From an uncultured Bacteroidales bacterium (lineage in GTDB: Bacteria; Bacteroidota; Bacteroidia; Bacteroidales; VadinHA17), in NCBI GenBank assembly GCA_963838215.1, contig CAWIQG010000005.1, positions 83,310 through 147,309 on the forward strand: a DNA stretch of 64,000 nt. Direction: 5' to 3'. Of this stretch, positions 39,927-50,600 are shown one piece after another (within the stretch, counting starts at the first letter, position 1; every line of letters starts with the position of its first letter). The translations under genes were made by a program, and so were the position numbers. The notes below the pieces were generated by a model that searched no databases, was not told the DNA's origin, and saw only the letters and a program-made list of their open reading frames with translations.

Positions 39927-42283
39927 TTAGGGCAAATAACTTTGAGGTATCCAGTAATATGCACGATCGTTAGACATAAAGTAAAATTGCTTATTCCCGG
40001 CAATTTTTGATAATAATTCACTTTTATCCTGAATGTCCTTTAATATCTGATCAAACTCCATATCAGGAAGCCTTGTAATGTCAAGGATATCTTTAAATGT
40101 ATATTTCTTAAGGATCGGGTTCGGTGAAGGGAGCCCTGATATCAGGTTCATTACATCAGAAAATGATTTATTTTGAATTTCTTCCCGGCTGACTCCATAG
40201 TTCGCCCTTAATACTTCAAACCATGCATCTTTAAAGCTTTGGCGACGCTGATAACCGGTAAGTCCCGGTGTATAAATTTTGGTAAGAGATATAATCAGAT
40301 CATTCAATTCTTCTGCGTCAAGAAAAATATCAAACTTATATATCGGGTTGGTAAGTTTTTGCACTTCAAATGATGTATACGTTTTCAGAAGAAACTGATA
40401 ATTCTTCTGAGTAAGGATAGAAATCTGTTCATTGGAATATCCTGCATCTTTCAAAAACAATTTCACTGCCGGGGAGAAAGAACCTATTTTTGTAGGGTCT
40501 ATTACAGTGATACTGTTTATAAGATTATCCACTGTCCTCAATAATGAGTCGGTCCTAATGTTCATGTCGTTGATCATTTTTTCAATGATCTTGCTTGTAG
40601 TGGCTTCTGTTAAGCTTTTTCCTAGAGAGACATACTGCAAACCTCCGGTCAATGGGCTGTTCTGAAGAGTATAAAAACCAATATCCTCATTGTTTTCATG
40701 CTTCCACCTTGGCCTTGCCGAGGCAGAAAGTACCTGCTGATTTCCAAATGCCTTTTCATTCTCTTCAGCAATTTGTATCGAAGTTCTAAGAATCATATCA
40801 GGTACCTCGATAACAAAATCTTCATAGGACTGGTTTTTAGGGTGATGAACCTGAATCGCAACCATATTGATCCTGTTTTTTACCAGGTTGGGATAACATC
40901 AGATTCTGTAACACGTTTTGGTCCTGGCCGATCCGCAGCATCACCTATCAGAATGATAATATTTGTTTCTTTTTCTTTACCACGGAAAAGGGCTCTGGCT
41001 TTATTTAATCCAAGGTATAATCCCTCTGAGACTGTGTTGTCAAAACATGCAGGATCATTTGTATTGCAGGCTCCGAGTTCAGCACAAAACCGATCAATAC
41101 TGTTACCCAGGGGTATTGTGTTATAGCATTTATCATTTGCAGGGTCATCATAGTCTCTGTAAACAATTGAACCGAACTGAAAACTGTTATCAGAATTATA
41201 TAATCTTGTTGCACTGTTTTTTACAGCATCCTGCACCGATTTGAAGTATGGTCCCATGCTTTCTGTACCATCAATCACAAACACAACATTAATGTTGCGT
41301 TTTTTTTCGTGAAGATCAGTTTGAAGGGACTGAAGCCCTCTATAGGATTCTTCAGTAATTTTCTTTCCCGATTCATTAACCAGATCACTGACAACTGCTG
41401 TTTCGATAAGGTTACCGGTCCGGTTGAAGACCGGGAGTCTTTTCCAGTTTGGACTAAATTTCTTTTCAAATGGATCATCCGCCCAGAAATTCCTTGTTGT
41501 ATCCCCGCTATTTCCATAGTTCAGGGCTTCTTCACTTGTTTCGAATAAAGCTGCCGGTGTTTTATTCTGTCTTCTCTCTTCACTCGAAACCTTATCCCAA
41601 TCAGGTTCAAGAACCTGACGCATCTCCCAGAGCTGTACCTTCGATTCATCAACCCACCCCATAAGATAATAACCAGCATTTCCTTTGGAAATATTATCCC
41701 TCCGACCTAATAATAAACGGTCACCTTCCTTTTTAAAGACGTAAAATATCTCAAAAAGAGGTAATTCGTTAATATTCTCATGCGTTGTAGTCGGATTAGA
41801 GAAAAAATTCATTTTTTTGCCTTCAGCTTTTATACGTTCAAGTTCGCCCTTCATTTGTGAAGGGGTTGTTATAGTCATTACCTTTATCCTGAAGTTGGTT
41901 TTATCGCTATACAAGGCAGTGGGCCATAATAACATATCAGACTTTGGCACCCATCCATAATCAGTTGGTTCACTAATAAATTCATCAGTTGCACTGTTGT
42001 AGCTTCCGTTCTCCATAACAATATGAATTCTGTCTGAAGCTTCCTCAACTACAAGAAAGCGGTCGGCAAAATTAAGTTGTTTGCCGTTCGAGGAAACTAT
42101 GCCCTCTCTGTCAGCCCATACAGCCCATATATTTCTTCCTGGTTTAGACTTTCCGATTTTTGTGGAGAGTTTTGGTTTTTCATAATCGGATGGAGATCTC
42201 ATTGGAGATTTTCCAACAAAGTTTTGAGAAGTTGCACACAGACTACCCGATAAAAATATGATCACAAGGAAAAGATTCTTCAT
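39927..42283 (-). pseudogene. Second exported vWA-domain paralogue, split by a one-base frameshift (pseudogene or sequencing indel)
   Basis: Track ORFs 40880..42334 (start better at MKNLFLVIIFLSG, 42283) and 39927..40865. The first ends ...TESDVIPTW* and the second begins MVAIQVHH. The intact paralogue reads ...TESDVIPLIKKYSCGILCIQVHH. The -1 frame reads NLVKNRINMVAIQVHH, so one extra C in the CCC run (plus-strand GGG ~40890-40892) restores an equal-length protein. MIDAS VVFVIDGTESMGPY is present. Confidence 0.85.
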
Positions 42284-42290
42284 TAATTCG

Positions 42291-43217
42291 TTAGTTGTTA
42301 ACAGTTTTCTTATCATAGGTGACCAATTGCACACTTGATATCTTTTTATTTGGATTAAGCTGAATTTTTACAGTTATACTCACTAACTCATAAGGATTAG
42401 ATTCAATCACTATTTTTCTTACAAAATCTTTAAACGATCCAGTTTCCTTACCTCCAATTGGTATCTCTCCATTGTTCAGGCAATAACTACAAACTTTTAT
42501 GCTAAGGTCCCTTTGTTCTTTTTCCTCAGTACCTGAAACAGTTTTATTAGCGAGAGATGTCAACCACTTGGAGAATTTATTATCATCTACCTGTTCGAGT
42601 ATTTTAATTGTTTTTGTATCAAATACTTTTCCTGAAGCCTTATCAATCAATTTTACCACGTATTGGCCAACCTCAGCAAAAGATACCTGACCAATTGTAC
42701 TTTCAGAGGTCGATTTACCTCCAAAATCCCAAACAACCGGATTAATAGCTTTGGTTGAATAACCTATTACATCGCCTGTATAGGCTATTACAGGCCAAAT
42801 AACAATAACAGGGCTTTTCTTTACAGTGTCTTTTTTGGCAGGCGCCTCTTTCCCGGCAACTATAGAATCGCGACGAACAATGGGCTCAGTTGAAGCCTCT
42901 ATAACAATTTTCAGATCCATTGAATCTGCTTGGTTCCCTTTTGCAGCTTTAATCATAGGATTGAATATGCCTTTCTTATTATAGATATGGATAGGATTTA
43001 ATTCTGTAGAATAGGAACCATCGCCAAAATCCCATGATATCTTGTCAAAATTTTTCGAAAGATTCTTAAACCGGACAGTATCTCCGACAGTGAATTGCCT
43101 TTTGTCTGGTGAAAAATCTGCTATGGGTTTTTCTTTTACTTTAGGCCTGCATGAGTTTAAACCAATGCCAAGCATACAAAGGATCAGAATGTGCAAAATT
43201 TTCTTAAAACTGTACAT
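42291..43217 (-). CDS. PKD-domain lipoprotein
   Basis: 308 aa. Lipobox LGIGLNSC. PKD signature VRFKNLS...WDFGDGSYS...HIY, and a second weaker PKD-like unit (WDFGGKSTS...GQYVVKL). Confidence 0.75.
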   Translation of the reverse strand: MYSFKKILHILILCMLGIGLNSCRPKVKEKPIADFSPDKRQFTVGDTVRFKNLSKNFDKISWDFGDGSYSTELNPIHIYNKKGIFNPMIKAAKGNQADSMDLKIVIEASTEPIVRRDSIVAGKEAPAKKDTVKKSPVIVIWPVIAYTGDVIGYSTKAINPVVWDFGGKSTSESTIGQVSFAEVGQYVVKLIDKASGKVFDTKTIKILEQVDDNKFSKWLTSLANKTVSGTEEKEQRDLSIKVCSYCLNNGEIPIGGKETGSFKDFVRKIVIESNPYELVSITVKIQLNPNKKISSVQLVTYDKKTVNN

Positions 43218-43228
43218 AATTTATAATT

Positions 43229-44665
43229 CTATAGTTTGAGATAATTAACATTTTTCTGGGTGTTACCCGTCCTTGATAATTTTTTAATCCCAATAGTAAT
43301 TCCGATTACTGAGAGGTTTATATTTCCCATTTCCGACATAATACTATTATAAACAGGACTCTTACTGGCGTCAGTTGTGTTTGGAGTTAATAGTGCTGAA
43401 CTCTTGACTTTTGAAGAAAAATTAAGAAAAGCCTGATTATAATTCACCCCTACATATAATTGATAGCTATTACGGAGTCTGAAAAACATTCCCAATTCAA
43501 TATTGCCGGATGCATTGATTGGGTTTATCGGAAGAGTACCTTTACCTGAATAAGTCTGATCATCATTGAAACCTAATGCAGGAATTTCCTGAAGTGTGAC
43601 ATTGTACTGAGGATAATATCCTAAACTTGAGTAATTGGTTTTAATGTTATAAGTTCCTTTATAATAAGATAATACTACCCCCGCATTCATATAGAATCCA
43701 TTGTTCTGACTAAACGATTTTTCATAATTTAACTTAACAGGGAAATTAAACCCGGTAATTGAAATATTTTCACTCAGAGCACTAAGGTTCATTATCTGAT
43801 AATATGTGTCTTTGTCCGCATCCGCTGTCTCTTCGGCACTTAAATACCCGACTGCAGAATAATTTGATGATAAATACGATATTCCCAAACCGACTGATCC
43901 TCCGATTTTATAAGTTTCAAAATTTTTGAAAAGATAACGTAGTTCACCCTCAATTCCAAATCCGGCTTTTGACTGCACTTTTTGTCCTGTGATTATACTT
44001 TCAGTCATCTGATTATTGAAACTGAAATTATCTAACCCGGCATTTAATGAAAGAATTTTTTCCCAGTGTGATATCTTTGTGAAAGGAGCCACATAGGTCC
44101 ACTTACTCTCTCCCGACTTAACTATTTCAGTAATAAGAGGATCGCAGGTAATAGTGTCATTAATTCTTAACCTGAGATCCTGGCAGGTTGAAGTTTCGTA
44201 CCTGGCGCCCGAGGAGTTTTTTGAATAAGCCTGTATCTCTTTTTTTATTCTTACAGAAACAACCAGACCTTTCTTATCAATTTTAATTCTGCCGTACAGA
44301 GTGCCGGCATCAGTCTCTGTAAGCCTGCAATACAAATTCATGTAATTATCGCTGATGTCTTTTACATAATCTGAAACCTTTTTTTGTTTTTCATTTATTG
44401 TTGTTTCATTATTGTTGATATAGTTCGGAGATATATCATCAAAAACTATAACGCTGTCGTTCAGGAAAAACTTAAGAAATTTATCTTTTTGATTTTCCGT
44501 TATTTTATTTCCTTCAGAGAGAGTGGAATAAAACTCATAGTGTCTTATCAGACTATCGATATTATGAAGGAGCAGAATTTGTTTTTCTCTTGATAATTTT
44601 ACAGTCTGACCAGGCAGCAAAACCCCGGAAACGGCTAACAAAAAACAAAATATAAGCTTTCTCAT
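43229..44665 (-). CDS. Exported hypothetical protein, C-terminal half beta-barrel-like
   Basis: 478 aa with signal peptide MRKLIFCFLLAVSGVLLPGQ. The C-terminal ~270 aa shows alternating hydrophobic/aromatic strands with G/S/N turns (GFGIEGELRYLF, GGSVGLGISYL, GFYMNAGVVLSYY, ELGMFFRL, LYVGVNYNQAF). The start lies 1 nt after the adhesin stop. Confidence 0.55.
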   Translation of the reverse strand: MRKLIFCFLLAVSGVLLPGQTVKLSREKQILLLHNIDSLIRHYEFYSTLSEGNKITENQKDKFLKFFLNDSVIVFDDISPNYINNNETTINEKQKKVSDYVKDISDNYMNLYCRLTETDAGTLYGRIKIDKKGLVVSVRIKKEIQAYSKNSSGARYETSTCQDLRLRINDTITCDPLITEIVKSGESKWTYVAPFTKISHWEKILSLNAGLDNFSFNNQMTESIITGQKVQSKAGFGIEGELRYLFKNFETYKIGGSVGLGISYLSSNYSAVGYLSAEETADADKDTYYQIMNLSALSENISITGFNFPVKLNYEKSFSQNNGFYMNAGVVLSYYKGTYNIKTNYSSLGYYPQYNVTLQEIPALGFNDDQTYSGKGTLPINPINASGNIELGMFFRLRNSYQLYVGVNYNQAFLNFSSKVKSSALLTPNTTDASKSPVYNSIMSEMGNINLSVIGITIGIKKLSRTGNTQKNVNYLKL

Positions 44666-44666
44666 C

Positions 44667-47600
44667 TTAATTGGAATTAACTATTATTTTCGCAATAGCT
44701 CTCATGTTACCCTGGATAATATCTATAAAGTATATCCCGGGTTTTAATTTCGTTCCCTGATTAATATCAGTACTTTGCACAGTCAATACGGTTCCCGATG
44801 TCATCTTTTGAACCGTGTTAGGATATGTCTTACCGAAATAATCTCGTACAAAGACCTGTATTGAGCTACTCGCTGTGAGACCATTTACTGTAACTGTGAA
44901 CTGGCCATTATTTGGATTTGGAGCCACTGTAACCGGGAGATTAAGCCCGGGGGAAACCGGAATGATTACTCCACCCTGTTCATAGTATACTTTTGTTGTA
45001 CACTCATTCTTATTGGTTGTTATAACCCAATATTTGGTCAAGTCTGACAGATCGGTCGGTATAAAATACTGTCCTGTTGCACCAGATATATTACCGGATG
45101 CGTCACCCCACTGATATTTTACGGAATCAGCATTTGTACAGATCAGAATATTATTCCCTTTCTTAAGAACAGCATCAGGTGGAGGCGATTTATCTACTGT
45201 TAGAACCGGTACATCCGACGACGTTATATCCGTTGTGACAGAATCACCCCGCAATACCTGATTATTGACGCTTACGAGGCTGTCTTCCAGAAATTTTGAT
45301 ACTATTTTGCAACTAAATTGATAACCATTGAATGTATTCAGTATACTGTCCAGAGACAAAATATTTGTATTTTCGCCATTATGTTTTAGAAACGGGGGGT
45401 TTGTTATATCTTTCCAGTCATCTGTCGTATTTTCACGATATTGCCATTCATATTTTTGAAATACCCCTGTTGAGCTGACAGAAAATCCGATATTGCTATA
45501 TTCACAGGACTCCTTGGAGGTGGGTTGTGAGGTAATTTCAATTTTCGGATAAACAATAAGGATACCTGTTGTATAGCTGATACTATAATTGTTATCTACT
45601 GGAGCAACAGGAAAATCAATCCAATAATCAGGTGCAGGAGGAATTATCGGAGGGCTCGAGGCAGTACAATTTGTTGTCAGATTTAAAGAAAAATCAAGAG
45701 TATTAATGTCACCAGGAAATTTAAGATCTGAAGTGACAACGTAAGCTTCCATATCAGGTAATTCGTCTCCCTGAAATTTATTAATGTTATGAATGGATAA
45801 CCTGAGGTTTGCCTTTGTAACAGTGAAGGTTCCATTATTATAATTAATGTCATAGTTCGAGGCTAAAAACCCACCTGTACCAGTTGCCATTGATGGGGTC
45901 ACAACAAAGGCAGTTCCGGCATCAGTAGCAGCTGAAAGACCTGCCGCATCAGGGGTAAGGGTTACACTTGTTACCAATTCACCAGGTACTTCTTCGCTAT
46001 TTGTCGTGAAATACGTCGTATTGGTTCCGGCTGTTAAAGCTGTCCCGTATTCTTTGGTTGGCCCAGTGGCAATGATCGTTAATGGTTTCTTTGCTACTAC
46101 ATCCTCGTAAGGTAAATAAGTGACAGCATAGTTGCTTTCAAGAAAGCCTCCGGTACCGGTTACCATTGATGGAGTAACAACATAGGCTGTTCCCGCTGGA
46201 GCTGTAGCTGAAAGACCTGCCGCATCAGGGGTTAGTGTAACGCTGGTTACTATCTCACCTGATATTTCTCCGCTGTGCGTAAAATTCGTTGTACTGGTTC
46301 CTGCCGTTAAGGCTGTACCATAAGTCTTTGCCGGTCCTGTGGCAGTTATAGTCAGATCTTTGGGGATAATATCAGCAGTTGTTGTTGATACACTTGCCAG
46401 GTAGTAGTCTGCAGCATCTGCACCGGAAAGGGAAGCTCCTGTTAAAGTGACAGTTTTTGTGGTTCCCACATCTTTGGTGTCGAACGTTGATGTTCCCCCC
46501 GCAAGTGTTACATCATCCGGTGAAATGACACCGTCGAGAGAACGCGAAAGTTCAATTGTGCCGGTGTTACCATCATATATCTTATTGTCAACGATAAAGC
46601 TCCCGGTGATAGACAATGGGGTAATGTCAGCCGTAGTTGCTGATACACTTGCCAGGTAGTAGTCTGCTGCATCTGCACCGGAAAGAGAGGCTCCTGTTAA
46701 AGTGACAGTTTTTGAGGTTCCCACATCTTTGGTGTCGAACGTTGATGTTCCCCCGGTAAGTGTTACATCATCCGGTGAAATGACACCGTCGAGAGAACGC
46801 GAAAGTTCACTTGTACCGGTGTTACCATCATATATCTTATTTTCAACGGTAAAGCTCCCGGTGATAGACAATGTGGTAATGTCAGCAGTTGTTGTTGGCG
46901 CACTTGCCAGATAGTAGTCTGTTGCATCTGCCCCGGAAAGAGATCCAGTTAAAGTGACAGTTTTTGAGGTTCCCACATCTTTTGTGTCGAACGTTGCTGT
47001 TACTCCGGTAAGTGTTACATCATCCGGTGAAATGACGCCGTCGAGAAAATACGAATGTACAATCGCGCTGGTGTTACCATCATATATCTTATTGTCAACG
47101 GTAACGCTTCCGGTGATAGACAATGGGATAATGTCAGCAGTTGTTGCTGATACACTTGCCAGGTAGTAGTCTGCTGCATCTGCACCGGAAAGGGAGGCTC
47201 CTATTAAAGTGACAGTTTTTGAGGTTCCCACATCTTTTGTGTCGAACGTTGATGTTCCACCGGTAAGTGTTACATCATCCGGTGAAATGACACCGTCGAG
47301 AGAACGCGAAAGTTCACTTGTACCGGTGTTACCATCATATATCTTATTTTCAACGGTAAAGCTCCCGGTGATAGATAATGTGGTAATGTCAGCAGTTGTT
47401 TCTGATACACTTGCCAGGGAGTAGTTTGCTGCATCTGCCCCGGAAAGGGAAGCTCCTGTTAAAGTTACGGTTTTTGAGGTCCCCACATCTTTTGTGTCGA
47501 ACGTTGATGTTCCACCGGTAAGTGTTACATCATCCGGTGAAATGACGCCGTCGAGAAAATACGAATGTACAATCGCGCTGGTGTTACCATCATATATCTT

Positions 47601-50600
47601 ATTTTCAACGGTAAAGCTCCCGGTGATAGATAATGTGGTAATGTCAGCAGTTGTTTCTGATACACTTGCCAGGGAGTAGTTTGCTGCATCTGCCCCGGAA
47701 AGGGAAGCTCCTGTTAAAGTGACAGTTTTTGTGGTTCCCACATCTTTGGTGTCGAACGTTGATGTTCCCCCGGTAAGTGTTACATCATCCGGTGAAATGA
47801 CACCGTCGAGAGAACGCGAAAGTTCACTTGTACCGGTGTTACCATCATATATCTTATTTTCAACGGTAACGCTTCCGGTGATAGATAATGTGGTAATGTC
47901 AGCAGTTGTTTCTGATACACTTGCCAGGGAGTAGTCTGCTGCATCTGCACCGGAAAGGGAGGCTCCTGTTAAAGTGACAGTTTTTGAGGTTCCCACATCT
48001 TTTGTGTCGAACGTTGATGTTCCACCGGTAAGTGTTACATCATCCGGTGAAATGACACCGTCGAGAGAACGCGAAAGTTCACTTGTACCGGTGTTACCAT
48101 CATATATCTTATTTTCAACGGTAAAGCTCCCGGTGATAGATAATGCGGTAATGTCAGCAGTTGTTTCTGATACACTTGCCAGGGAGTAGTCTGCTGCATC
48201 TGCACCGGAAAGAGAGGCTCCTGTTAAAGTGACAGTTTTTGAGGTTCCCACATCTTTGGTGTCGAACGTTGATGTTCCCCCGGTAAGTGTTACATCATCC
48301 GGTGAAATGACACCGTTGAGAGAACGTGAAAGTTCACTTGTACCGGTGTTACCATCATATACCTTATTGCCAACGGTAATGCTTCCGGTGATAGACAATG
48401 GGTAAATGTCAGCAGTTGTTGTTGGCGCTCCTGATAACAATAAGGTATAATTCCCTGCCCTGGCGCCTGAGAGTGATAAGTCAGAAAGGCTGACTGTTTT
48501 ACCTGTACCAGTATCTTTAGTATCAAACTCTGCTATATTTGCAAGGGTTACATCATCACTTCCTACTTTTCCGGCAAGGGTAAGGTTGTTTGTTATTATA
48601 GTTGCAGCTATTTCACGGTCATAAATTTTATTGGCAGCGGCGAACGAGCCTGTAACAGTGAGAGTATCTTTGGTCACGATGAAGTTGGCGGGATTGTATG
48701 TAAAGTCGTAGTTTTCAGCTACACCACCGGAAACGGTAATTGAATATGTTCCGACAGAAGTTGTATCGGTAACAGTTGTGCTGGCCGTTGGCTTGGTTGT
48801 CAAAACGGATTCGTCATCACCGTTCTGCCATCCACTATACGTGAAGGTCAACTCCGGATTAACCTGGCCATATACTTTAGTCTGAGCATTTGCGGTAACT
48901 ATCAGGGTCGGCCTGGTTACCGTGAAGTCTCCGGCTACATAGGTAAAATCATAGTTGTTGGCAATGCCTCCGGCAACGGTAATTGCTCCGGAATAAACCC
49001 CGACCGGAGTTGCATCATCAACGATAGTGCTTGCTGTCGGAAGAGTTGTCAACACAGATTCATTCTCACTGTTTACCCATCCACTGTATCCTAAAGTCAA
49101 TTCCGGGTTGGGGTCTCCGAATACTTTAGTCTGAGGATCTGCTGTAACGAATAACATCGCTTTGGTCACCGTGAAGTCAGCAGCCACATAAGTGAAAGCA
49201 TAGTTTTCATCCACTCCTCCGGAAACAGTGATTGCTCCGGTATAAACTCCAACCGGAGTTGTAAGGTCAACGGTCGTACCAGCAGTCGGAGGTGTTGTTA
49301 ATACTGATTCATCCTCACTGTTTACCCATCCGCTGTAAGAGAAGGTCAACGTTGGATCGGCTGCACCATATATTTTGGTCAGAGTATCGGCGTTAACTGT
49401 GAGGGTTGCTTTAGCTACCATTATATCTCTTGCAACATATCCAATTGTATAATTGCTGGCTGTAAAAGTTCCTCCTGTCGCAGCTGATGCAATCACTGAC
49501 CCGGTATATGTTCCTGCAGCATCTGTTGCAGCAGCGCCGGTGCCATAAGTAATGGTAACCGTACCAATAGTCTCACTGTTCTGCAAGCCAACAGATGTAA
49601 AGGCTGTTGAACCTGATCCACCTGTCAGTGTTTCACCATAGGTTTTTAATGCATTATTGGCCGTGACTGTCAATGTTGCTGTACCTACAATGATATCTCC
49701 AACCGTATAGCTAATTGTATAATTGCCGGCTGTAAACGTCCCTCCTGTTGCAGCTGATGCTGTTACCTGACCGGTATATGTTCCTACTGCATCTGTTGCA
49801 GATGCACCCGTACCATAAGCAATAGTAACCGTACTAATAGTCTCACCATTCTGCAAGCCAACAGATGTAAAAGCTGTAGAACCTGCACCTCCTGTTATGA
49901 GCGTACCATAGGTCTTATTTACATTATTGGCTGTAATCGTCAAGGTTACTGTACCTACTATAATATTCCCAGCTGTATAGCCAATTGTATAATTACCCGC
50001 TGTAAATGTCCCTCCAGTCGCAGCTGATGCAGTCACCTGGCCCGTATATGTTCCTACTGCTGCTGTTGCTGCAGAACCGGTGCTATAAGCAATAGTAACC
50101 GTACCAATAGTCTCACCATTCTGCAAGCCAACAGAGGTAAAGGCTGTAGAACCCGTACCTCCTGTTATGAGTGTACCATAAGTCTTATTTACATTACTGG
50201 CTGTGATCGTTAAGGTTGCTTTATTTACGGTAAACGAACCATTCAAATAGGTAATGTTGTAGTTTGTCAGACCAGTGCCTGCTGCTGCACTAGGTACGAT
50301 TGTATAGGGAGAACCAGCCACACCTGCTGTCGCGGCTGCTCCACCACTGGTAAGTGTCACACTGGTTACGGCATCTGAATTAACCAGACCAGAGGTAGTA
50401 AATTCTGTACCAAGGAAGGTAACAGCTGTACCGTAAGTCTTGGACTGGTTATTGGCTGTGATTGTCAAGGTCGCTTTAGCTACTATAATATTCCCTACTG
50501 TATAGCTAATTGAATAATTGCTGGCAGTAAACGTTCCTCCTGTTGCAGCTGATGCAGTCACCTGACCGGTATATGTTCCCACGGCATCTGTTGCAGCAGC

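Noticed and set aside
46447-48189. Series of seven plus-strand ORFs of 61-71 aa (MTVFEVPTSFVSNVDVPP...) at ~255-bp spacing
   Set aside because: They are antisense shadows of the YDG-type repeats inside the 3389-aa minus-strand ORF. Their periodicity simply mirrors the repeat unit, and they have no independent start or stop context.
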